Shown in pieces: positions 27,471 through 37,657 of a stretch of DNA of 64,000 nucleotides (positions within the stretch are counted from its first letter, which is position 1; the number at the start of each line of letters is the position of its first letter). Source of the stretch: Pseudobdellovibrionaceae bacterium (GTDB lineage: Bacteria > Pseudomonadota > Alphaproteobacteria > Micavibrionales > Micavibrionaceae); NCBI GenBank assembly GCA_034005165.1, contig JAVEVE010000006.1, positions 36,690 to 100,689 on the forward strand, in the 5' to 3' direction. A program made the translations under genes and the position numbers. The notes under the pieces were generated by a model. That model did not search any database. It was not told the DNA's origin and saw only the letters and a program-made list of their open reading frames with translations.

Positions 27471-28088
27471 ATGCATTTAAGTACCGAATTTGTCCGACAA
27501 AAATTTGTTGATCTGAGGTGTACAGCCTCTGATCTTGTCCGTGCTCTGAATTTGCCGGATACCCCGCTAATGAGCCGCGTTATGCAGCATAAGATTACAG
27601 AATTTTCGACAGAAAGTGCTTCAGAACGCGAACAGCATTTTGATCTTTTGCAGGATATTGCCATGACCTATCTTGACCAATACGGGCGTGATTATTTCCA
27701 TGTTTCAAACTCCAGAGATATTCCGGACAAGGTTGCCGCCCTGATTCTATGGTTATCGCCTATAGACCGGTCCCTTCCTGAACATGTCTTTGATGCAGAA
27801 GATCGTGCATTTGCATCCCGTCTGGTTGGTAAAATCGGGGCACCCCACTTGATGAATCCTGATGAACGTTATGTCGATCTGGTCGAAACACATTTCGAAT
27901 ATTCCAGATGTGCTGAAATGGTTATCTCTTTATCCAAGATGTTTTCCAGCAACCCTATTCATAGCATTGAATGCATTCGCAACGGATGCAGCGGAGGCTC
28001 CCGCTTGGAACAAGACACAAGAAGTTTATTGAATGACGTGATGCGGACGCATTTCTCGCTCACTGACAGGAAACCTTTTATTCACTAG
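27471..28088 (+). CDS. Hypothetical protein (205 aa), possible N-terminal HTH
   Basis: Only long ORF in this gap, on the strand opposite the flanking mre/mrd genes. TASDLVRALNLPDTPLMSRVMQHK looks HTH-like. No family recognised. Confidence 0.45.
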   Translation: MHLSTEFVRQKFVDLRCTASDLVRALNLPDTPLMSRVMQHKITEFSTESASEREQHFDLLQDIAMTYLDQYGRDYFHVSNSRDIPDKVAALILWLSPIDRSLPEHVFDAEDRAFASRLVGKIGAPHLMNPDERYVDLVETHFEYSRCAEMVISLSKMFSSNPIHSIECIRNGCSGGSRLEQDTRSLLNDVMRTHFSLTDRKPFIH

Positions 28089-28093
28089 CCTTC

Positions 28094-28615
28094 TTATGAC
28101 TCGGACAAATATCTATTATAGGCCATAAAAATCGGGTGGAAGAGCGGATAGAGCAATCCGGCCAATACAATATTAACCGTAAGATGCTTGAGGTCGGGGA
28201 GATGTGACGACGGAATGGCATAAGCCAGCGCCTGAAATGTCTGGGTCAATGCCACGGCAAGGAAGAAGCCGGCCCAGACCATTTGCCATGATTGCCCTAA
28301 CAAAAAGCGCCGCTGCCCACGGACTATAATTGCCAAAACCATAAAGCAGAATGCATGAAGACCAATGAGCCCACCTGAAATCAGATCCATGACCATACCG
28401 AACAAGAAAACTACGAAGTACGGCAGAAGATTTGGGCGATAAGTGGTCCAGAAATACAGTCCGATCAAGAAAAATCCCTGACGGATTTCCCCTGACTGCA
28501 AGACAGGAATATTCACGAGAGATAGCAACAACAAAAACGCCAGCATGACATAAACAGCGCCGTATTTTGAAGCCTGCATCAGGGAGAATGAAACCGAGTT
28601 AAGAAGTCCGGGCAT
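28094..28615 (-). CDS. mreD: Rod shape-determining protein MreD
   Basis: 173 aa, five or so hydrophobic helices. Immediately downstream of mreC. Confidence 0.8.
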   Translation of the reverse strand: MPGLLNSVSFSLMQASKYGAVYVMLAFLLLLSLVNIPVLQSGEIRQGFFLIGLYFWTTYRPNLLPYFVVFLFGMVMDLISGGLIGLHAFCFMVLAIIVRGQRRFLLGQSWQMVWAGFFLAVALTQTFQALAYAIPSSHLPDLKHLTVNIVLAGLLYPLFHPIFMAYNRYLSES

Positions 28616-28630
28616 TGGATATTCTCTTCC

Positions 28631-29539
28631 CTATTTGCTTCTTATGTTCTGGGATGGTCCGGAAATCAATGAATCTAGACTCTTTCTGACATCCGGATTT
28701 ATTGGCTTCTCGACGATCTGGACATACCCTGCACTAGACGGATCAGAGAATAATCTTACCCTAATATGTCCACCTGATACGGAAGTTATTTCTCCGATAG
28801 GAAGCCCTGCCGGAAACTGTCCACCTGTTCCGGATGTTGTGATGCGCAGCCCTTTGCTTACAAGTACATCAGGAGGCAAATGAACCAATGTCAGTGTATC
28901 ATCGTTATTGCCTGTCAGAATTGCACGTTGGTTAATTCCTTCAATTACGACAGGGATATGAGAGTTAATGTCTGTCAGGAGCAATACACGAGATGCTTTG
29001 TTTCCGACTTCAATCACACGCCCGATCATACCCTTCCCACCCATTACGGCTTGACCTTCCTGAACACCATCTGCTGTTCCGGCCTGAAGCAATAATGTAC
29101 GCACATAAGATGAGGCTGAATCACTGATTACGCGGGTTGTGATATAGCTTTGCTCAGGCTCGGGCAGCACGTTCAACAAGTCTTTCAAAGACTGATTTTC
29201 TGCGCGCAATAGCATGGCTGTTTGATACCATTCTTTTAATTGATCGTTTTCCGCCTTTAGCCTGGCATTTTCTGTACGGATTTGACTAAGCCCTGTTAGC
29301 TCGCCAACCGTGTCTCCGATAAAGCGGAACGGCGCTCCAACAATAGAAACTACCGGAGAGAACGCATCAGATGCGGCCGTACGCGGATTTTTCCAAACGT
29401 CAGGATTAAACATAGAGATCAGAAGTAGCAGGCCCGCCAAAGATGTCAGCACGACTGGAGAATATCTAGACAGCCGAATAGCAATCGAGGCTGCGCGAAG
29501 GGCGCGGCGTCTGCTCATTCTTCTGTTATATGAAACCAT
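28631..29539 (-). CDS. mreC: Rod shape-determining protein MreC
   Basis: 302 aa. N-terminal TM, a coiled coil (ENARLKAENDQLKEW) and beta-barrel domains with G.VIGRV..V and the LLTD motif. Confidence 0.9.
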   Translation of the reverse strand: MVSYNRRMSRRRALRAASIAIRLSRYSPVVLTSLAGLLLLISMFNPDVWKNPRTAASDAFSPVVSIVGAPFRFIGDTVGELTGLSQIRTENARLKAENDQLKEWYQTAMLLRAENQSLKDLLNVLPEPEQSYITTRVISDSASSYVRTLLLQAGTADGVQEGQAVMGGKGMIGRVIEVGNKASRVLLLTDINSHIPVVIEGINQRAILTGNNDDTLTLVHLPPDVLVSKGLRITTSGTGGQFPAGLPIGEITSVSGGHIRVRLFSDPSSAGYVQIVEKPINPDVRKSLDSLISGPSQNIRSK

Positions 29540-29712
29540 CTCTTATTGCTTCCAAGGGCTGTAATTCGACATAATACGCACTATTTCCTCCTCAATGAGG
29601 GGCAAGAACAGCGCTTATCATGATGATAATATACTATATGACTTATCGAATTGTTACCGCCAACTCAATACAGTCCTTGGCTTTATTCAACCTAAATTGC
29701 AATCAGGCGCGC

Positions 29713-31032
29713 TTACTCTTTAATATGTATATTGGAAAGCTCACGACTAATAGCAATAAAGGCGTTAATCAAGTCTGCCTGCTCCGGTGCATCATAGTAG
29801 TTCCCCGGGTTTGAGGCACAGTTCCTGAAATAATCCTTGGTGGAATTATTGATGCCAGAAGTAAATGTTACCGTATATATGGTAATACCCTCCTCCTTCA
29901 TATTTTCACATGTCTGAGCCAATTTTTCGTCCAGATCATGGTCTGTCAGGCGAAGCGTTGTCCATGGACCATACCCGCTATAGCTGCTGCTGCCACCACC
30001 GATATTGTTATCTCCGTCCGTCATCAATAGAGCAACTTTTCTGACCTTCTTATCACTCCAACTGGCGCCTTCACGGAATGGTGCTTCCGGAGAGAGAACA
30101 CGGTAGCCCCAAACCATACCCAAATTGCTAAGCGTGTTACCTGATGCATAGAGCGTATCAATCTTATTGGATATGTCCCAGTAAGAACTCGTCAGTGGCA
30201 AAATATAGGATTTATTACATCCTGAGTTTTTATTGCTGTTATAAGGGTTACGGTACATATCCCATTTCCAGCCAGTCTCATAATTTTCAGTGTCTTGCGG
30301 AGTAGTTCGAGCCAAAACGCATCCCCACCATTTCGTGCTTTTTGATTGATCAAAACTTGTTCCGTACGAATTATTTACAAAAGCAGTATCATAGGTCGTT
30401 CCATCAGGGTTCTTTCCCAAACCATATGGGCCGACATTCACGGCAGCAGAGAAAGGAACAATCCCGATTTTGACCAGACTGGAGCAGTACTCGTCTTTAC
30501 ACAATGTATCCAGAAAAGCTCTTGATGCCGTTTTCAATGTTCCTATATTATTATTGGTCGACATGGATCCCGTGACATCCACGACCAGTGCCACTTCTAA
30601 ACCAAGGATCTCCCGAGTGACGCGTGTGTTGGCGGCAACTGTCATTTGGTCGACCCCCAGTAACCTCGAAAATGAAGTGTCGTAATCTGCCTTTGCACTC
30701 ACCAGAATATCTTCCCCGACGATCTGAATATTCAGATCATAAGTCGCTCCGATTTTCTGTGATGGGTAATTCTGATAAAAAAACTGGTTCACTTTTGCGT
30801 AGACATCATCATCTGTTTTTGCTGCTGCAGCAGCCGCCAAAGCCGCGGCATCCAGAGCATGTGACAACCGTTTCTGAACCATATAGGCCATCGACATATC
30901 AACAGCCATCCCTGCACTTCCGACAACAACAGGAACAATCATTGCGAATGCTACTGCAGTCGCTGCTGCATTCTCTCTTATGAAGGACTTCAGTATCTGC
31001 TTCAAATTTGTGCATTCTTCCAAAATGTTCAT
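29713..31032 (-). CDS. TadG-like pseudopilin with von Willebrand factor A domain
   Basis: 439 aa. The N-terminus ENAAATAVAFAMIVPVVVGSAGMAVDMSMAY matches the Flp pilus-assembly TadE/G-like signature. A vWA domain follows, with MIDAS-like VVDVTGSMS and LLMTDGDNN. Confidence 0.78.
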   Translation of the reverse strand: MNILEECTNLKQILKSFIRENAAATAVAFAMIVPVVVGSAGMAVDMSMAYMVQKRLSHALDAAALAAAAAAKTDDDVYAKVNQFFYQNYPSQKIGATYDLNIQIVGEDILVSAKADYDTSFSRLLGVDQMTVAANTRVTREILGLEVALVVDVTGSMSTNNNIGTLKTASRAFLDTLCKDEYCSSLVKIGIVPFSAAVNVGPYGLGKNPDGTTYDTAFVNNSYGTSFDQSKSTKWWGCVLARTTPQDTENYETGWKWDMYRNPYNSNKNSGCNKSYILPLTSSYWDISNKIDTLYASGNTLSNLGMVWGYRVLSPEAPFREGASWSDKKVRKVALLMTDGDNNIGGGSSSYSGYGPWTTLRLTDHDLDEKLAQTCENMKEEGITIYTVTFTSGINNSTKDYFRNCASNPGNYYDAPEQADLINAFIAISRELSNIHIKE

Positions 31033-31035
31033 TTC

Positions 31036-31563
31036 TTATCCTCCCCATGTTACGGTTGGACTTCTACGACCTCTGGCGAACGCCACTTCGCTAAAATCAA
31101 TATCGTCAGTAAAGTATTTCGAAAACATAGGCTCGTAACCATATTGAACGGTTACTATAATAATTCCCTCACCCTCAGGCGCAAGGCCTGCAACGCTTGC
31201 TACGGCAGCATCATTCTGTGGCATATTCCGTGTTTCTCTCCACAGGACTTCCGGATTTTGGTCCTCATCAAATCTGATGCTTACAATATCTATTCCGAAT
31301 GATGAGGTTCCGTATGGCTCGAATGCCAATTTTGCGCCTTCAATCAAGTCATTCAATTCTGTAGGATCAATCGATCTGTTCCTTGAGACAAGATCTGCAG
31401 CTATTTGTGAAGATGTGATTGTTTTAGCAGATAACGTAATTCCGTTTCCTAAATCAAATACTCCCATCAACAAGACAAGCATAACAGGGAACAGCATTGC
31501 GGCTTCCAGAACAGCAACACCGTCCTCGTTACGTATCCAGTTGTGGAATAGAGTTTTCATCAT
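31036..31563 (-). CDS. TadE-like pseudopilin
   Basis: 175 aa with N-terminal EDGVAVLEAAMLFPVMLVLLMGVFDLG (TadE N-terminal domain pattern). 4-nt overlap with the upstream tadE-like gene. Confidence 0.72.
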   Translation of the reverse strand: MMKTLFHNWIRNEDGVAVLEAAMLFPVMLVLLMGVFDLGNGITLSAKTITSSQIAADLVSRNRSIDPTELNDLIEGAKLAFEPYGTSSFGIDIVSIRFDEDQNPEVLWRETRNMPQNDAAVASVAGLAPEGEGIIIVTVQYGYEPMFSKYFTDDIDFSEVAFARGRRSPTVTWGG

Positions 31564-32111
31564 AGTTCGTCAACCACCAGCTCTACGTCATATGGTTCTG
31601 TTTCAAGAACGATTGTTGAGATAAATCTTTTTGAGTTTCCCTCGCCATCCGACATGAATTCAGCAATCAACGGGGTCATCAATTCATATTGATAAGCTGC
31701 ACGAATAAGGACAACATCATTAACCGATCCTGCATCAAATCCTTCGGAGTCCAGATTCCCATCCTCATCATAGCTGGCTGCATGATTTGAAAAGTCCGAG
31801 AATCCATTCAAATGGACAACTTCATACTGGATTTTTGAGCACTCCAGAAAAACACGCGCAGAGTCACATAATGCATCCTTGAACATTTGTTCAGGATCAC
31901 CTTTTGTCTGTTGAACCTGTCCTGTCTTTATCAGACGAGCGGCTTCACTGGTTGCATGGTCCAGCGTGCTCATACCTACAAACATCATGGACATCTCGAT
32001 GATCCCAAGAAGCAAATAAACAACAGGCATAGCTACCATAGCAAATTCTACGGCTGTTGCGCCTCTGTCATCTTTGACCCATGTCTTGCGTATAGAAAAA
32101 CCCATTCCCAA
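31560..32111 (-). CDS. TadE-like pseudopilin
   Basis: 183 aa. DDRG/ATAVEFAMVAMPVVYLLLGIIE fits the Tad prepilin-like G/xxxxEF processing motif plus a hydrophobic helix. The ATG at 32105 is a likely alternative to the TTG at 32111. Confidence 0.75.
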   Translation of the reverse strand: MGMGFSIRKTWVKDDRGATAVEFAMVAMPVVYLLLGIIEMSMMFVGMSTLDHATSEAARLIKTGQVQQTKGDPEQMFKDALCDSARVFLECSKIQYEVVHLNGFSDFSNHAASYDEDGNLDSEGFDAGSVNDVVLIRAAYQYELMTPLIAEFMSDGEGNSKRFISTIVLETEPYDVELVVDEL

Positions 32112-32169
32112 ATCCCAAGCGACAGAAACATTTTAATTAAAAATTTTTCTAAATTCTGCCCATAAAAAA

Positions 32170-32187
32170 ACATGCAACATGCATGTT
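32170..32187. promoter_or_regulatory. ACATGCA direct repeat ending in a 12-bp perfect palindrome AACATGCATGTT
   Basis: Located in the 143-bp gap between the 163-aa membrane protein gene and the first tadE-like gene. Could be an operator or a weak hairpin. Confidence 0.25.
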
Positions 32188-32254
32188 CTTCTTTATTATA
32201 CTAGCTATCGGGAATAAAAAATTTGCTAAACTATGCTTTCATTCATCTAAAATT

Positions 32255-32746
32255 TTATGTTTCTTCTTTGCGTTTTTCAGGGAACCCATACCGATCGAGT
32301 GGGAGTTCTCCTGTGACCTCCTCACCCCATCTGACAATCAGCTCTTGTTGCATTTTTGCTATTTGTTTCAATCTGCTATACCCTTTTTGGACCATCATGG
32401 TAGCGATAATACCCGACAATCCCCAATCAATCAGGTATCCGACCAACGCTCCGGAGTACATAATTACAATATTTAAAGGGTCAGTTAGAATTTCCAGTGT
32501 GTGCGCCAGGTCATGATCTTTTTGTACCAACTGATACCAGAATGGAAAAACTGCAGCCAAATTCATGAATGTGATCGTGAGTGTCCTAGTTTTCTGGGCG
32601 GACCTATCTACAAATCGAGCAATAATAGAGGGCAGCATCCCAATAAAGAACAAAACCGTTGTCGCGAGAATAGCAACAGATGTCATGAAAGCTGCGGCCA
32701 ACAAAACTCTATACTTGAATGAATTTTTCTTTTTTTTTGCTGCCAT
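32255..32746 (-). CDS. Small polytopic membrane protein (163 aa), unknown family
   Basis: Lys-rich N-terminus, 3-4 hydrophobic helices and an acidic/basic C-terminal tail. Starts 8 nt after the stop of the kinase-like gene. Confidence 0.6.
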   Translation of the reverse strand: MAAKKKKNSFKYRVLLAAAFMTSVAILATTVLFFIGMLPSIIARFVDRSAQKTRTLTITFMNLAAVFPFWYQLVQKDHDLAHTLEILTDPLNIVIMYSGALVGYLIDWGLSGIIATMMVQKGYSRLKQIAKMQQELIVRWGEEVTGELPLDRYGFPEKRKEET

Positions 32747-32754
32747 ATTTCCCT

Positions 32755-34800
32755 CTATACTGCGATCATGAAGAACAGATAGATCAAAATAACCAGACCG
32801 GCGATTCCGCCGGAGACCATTGTTGATATTTGCTGGCCTGTACTTTTACCGTATGACTTGTTTGTTTCCAGCTCTTTGCTAAGACGCGCATGTTCATTTC
32901 TCAATCTCTGGAACTGATCCATTGCTATGGCAAATAATTTTGTGTCATCCTGAATTTGTTTTGCATTGTTGAATATCTCGGCTAGAAGAGTTAAATCACC
33001 TTTTGCCTTCACTCTATCCACTTCTGCCTTTGTAGATTTTCTTCGTTCACGGTCGTGATAACGATTAGTCAACACATCAAGGTGCTCTCCTATCCACAAT
33101 GATAGGTTAGGCAGGGCATGAATTTTTTCCCTTTGCTGAACTTTAGAGAAAATCTTTATGGCTGCCGATATCTGGCGATGCCGTTCATCAGACATTAAAT
33201 CCGCAGAAAATGCTTCGATTGCCTGTCTGTCATGCATAAAGAGATAGGCCACAATATGGCGATCAAAAAACCACGCGGGCTTTGATTTTTCTGCCCCTAT
33301 TCCATTTAAGGCAATCAATAAATCCTTTGATGATCTGACATAGTATTGTTTCAGTTTATCACTTAGGCATCTGGCCGACGGCGATAGAAAATACGCACAG
33401 CGCTCCAATCCAAATCCTGCTGATTTCTGAAGAAGATACATACGGCAGCTTTCGAATTTTCCAGGCTCTTCACCTAAAGGGAAGCCGGCATTATATCGAC
33501 CCGATGCCCAATGTGGAACAATTTCTCCCTGAATAATTTCGACAAAGACATTCAAATCTTTTTCACTGACTATAGCATCCACTAATAAATGTCCGAAATG
33601 CTCAGGAAAAAACACATGTCCCTTATAAAAAACAGGAAAGCTAGGCGCTAAAGCCATTGTCAAATAGCAGACAAGACGCTCTGCATAGTTTGCACCGGAG
33701 GAGTTTCTTTTGGCGAGCTCAACGGCATTTTCGTATCTTTCCTCATATTCTTTAACCTGAATTGCTCTATTCAGCCAAAGATAAAGTTCTCCAGTTTCAA
33801 CCATTTCAACTGTGGCAGACGGGTCTTTATAGAGCTGCATCGCCAGAACGTCAGGACGAAAATATTTCTTTTTCTTAAATTCTATGGGGCGCGTGGATTT
33901 CGGCACAGGACGGCTTCCTTGCTTGGCAGTAACACGACGACCATCAAGCCATTCTTTAATATCCCAGATTGTCCAGCGTGTTGCGATGTCATCGCTTAGA
34001 AGGCCACGAAGCACTTCGATAATCTGCCCAGGGAAGCGATCACGACTTGTAACCAGATTGAATGTCCCATGCTCAAGCTTATGCAGAATAATTTCTTCGC
34101 GGTTCATGCCTTCCGAGAAATCATGCGGGGCAATCATCAAAGCCAGAGAAACTCCCAACGCATAGATATCATCCGCATTGGTAGCTTCCCCCTTCACATG
34201 CGGGTTCGCAAGAGATCTTTCAATGGTCTCGTACAGCGCAGACTGGGCGAATCCGCTTGGCACAGAAAGACATTCGCCTAATTGCACATTCTCGAAGTTT
34301 TTGGATTCTCCATCGAGAATATTTTCCAGACAGATATTTCCGTGTGCCACTCCACGATCATGCAAAGCGGCAATAGCATCAACCAAATTCAGGAAAATAG
34401 AGTTCAAAACCAAATCAAGTTTTAATCCCAAAGATTTGATTTCTTTCATGGAAGAAAGTGGCTTACCCGGAAATCCTTCATATATAAAGACGTATTTCTC
34501 TTTTCTTTCCGGTGTCCATTCTACAACTCCGGAGGCAGCTATCTTTTGAAGCGAACTTGACATTGCGTTCATATATTTATGAACAATGTTGAGACGTGGC
34601 ACCAAATTATCAGGACATACAAGCGCATAGCCCTTGCCGCCGTTTTTTGTTTCGGCTTCATAAGCCTTCGCCGTTCCTCTGTCAAGGAACGGCAGTGGTT
34701 TTCCGGGAAAGATTTTGATGTCACCTTTTAGGGTAACTTCAGCAACAGTCGATGTCGTTGCTTTCTCTTTTTCTTTTGGTTTATCGTCTTGCTGGGCCAT
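32755..34800 (-). CDS. Tail-anchored protein-kinase-like protein, predicted catalytically inactive (pseudokinase), 681 aa
   Basis: Residues ~40-300 follow the Hanks kinase layout, but LHDRGVAHGNICLENIL replaces HRDLKPEN, VQLGECLS replaces DFG, and YALVC replaces VAIK. The ADDIYALGVSLALMI (DxWSxG-like) motif is retained. A long helical region and a coiled coil follow, then a single C-terminal TM (MVSGGIAGLVILIYLFFMIAV). Confidence 0.6.
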   Translation of the reverse strand: MAQQDDKPKEKEKATTSTVAEVTLKGDIKIFPGKPLPFLDRGTAKAYEAETKNGGKGYALVCPDNLVPRLNIVHKYMNAMSSSLQKIAASGVVEWTPERKEKYVFIYEGFPGKPLSSMKEIKSLGLKLDLVLNSIFLNLVDAIAALHDRGVAHGNICLENILDGESKNFENVQLGECLSVPSGFAQSALYETIERSLANPHVKGEATNADDIYALGVSLALMIAPHDFSEGMNREEIILHKLEHGTFNLVTSRDRFPGQIIEVLRGLLSDDIATRWTIWDIKEWLDGRRVTAKQGSRPVPKSTRPIEFKKKKYFRPDVLAMQLYKDPSATVEMVETGELYLWLNRAIQVKEYEERYENAVELAKRNSSGANYAERLVCYLTMALAPSFPVFYKGHVFFPEHFGHLLVDAIVSEKDLNVFVEIIQGEIVPHWASGRYNAGFPLGEEPGKFESCRMYLLQKSAGFGLERCAYFLSPSARCLSDKLKQYYVRSSKDLLIALNGIGAEKSKPAWFFDRHIVAYLFMHDRQAIEAFSADLMSDERHRQISAAIKIFSKVQQREKIHALPNLSLWIGEHLDVLTNRYHDRERRKSTKAEVDRVKAKGDLTLLAEIFNNAKQIQDDTKLFAIAMDQFQRLRNEHARLSKELETNKSYGKSTGQQISTMVSGGIAGLVILIYLFFMIAV

Positions 34801-34822
34801 GATTATATGAAAAACTATTTGC

Positions 34823-34841
34823 TTCGCGGCGATACCGCGAA
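34823..34841 (-). terminator. Perfect 7-bp hairpin between purA and the kinase-like gene (attenuator/terminator candidate)
   Basis: TTCGCGG-CGATA-CCGCGAA. On the minus strand it is followed only by a delayed T-run (GCAAATAGTTTTT). Confidence 0.3.
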
Positions 34842-34890
34842 CCTAGGATATAGAGAATCATACAGCTTGGAGCAGAAAATGTAAATTCCG

Positions 34891-37559
<2,669 letters not shown>

Positions 37560-37657
37560 AGGGGCGTTTTAGCGGTTTAACGACCTGAATACAAAAGATT
37601 TTTGGTAAAAATCCCCTGATAGAATGTCAATCAAATGCCAGCAGAATAGCCAATGGT

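Noticed and set aside
29543-29581. 12-codon upstream ORF (GTG, VRIMSNYSPWKQ) with a strong GAGGAGG SD just ahead of mreC
   Set aside because: Only an SD-like string and a short open frame support it. With no conservation or expression evidence I cannot call it a leader peptide.
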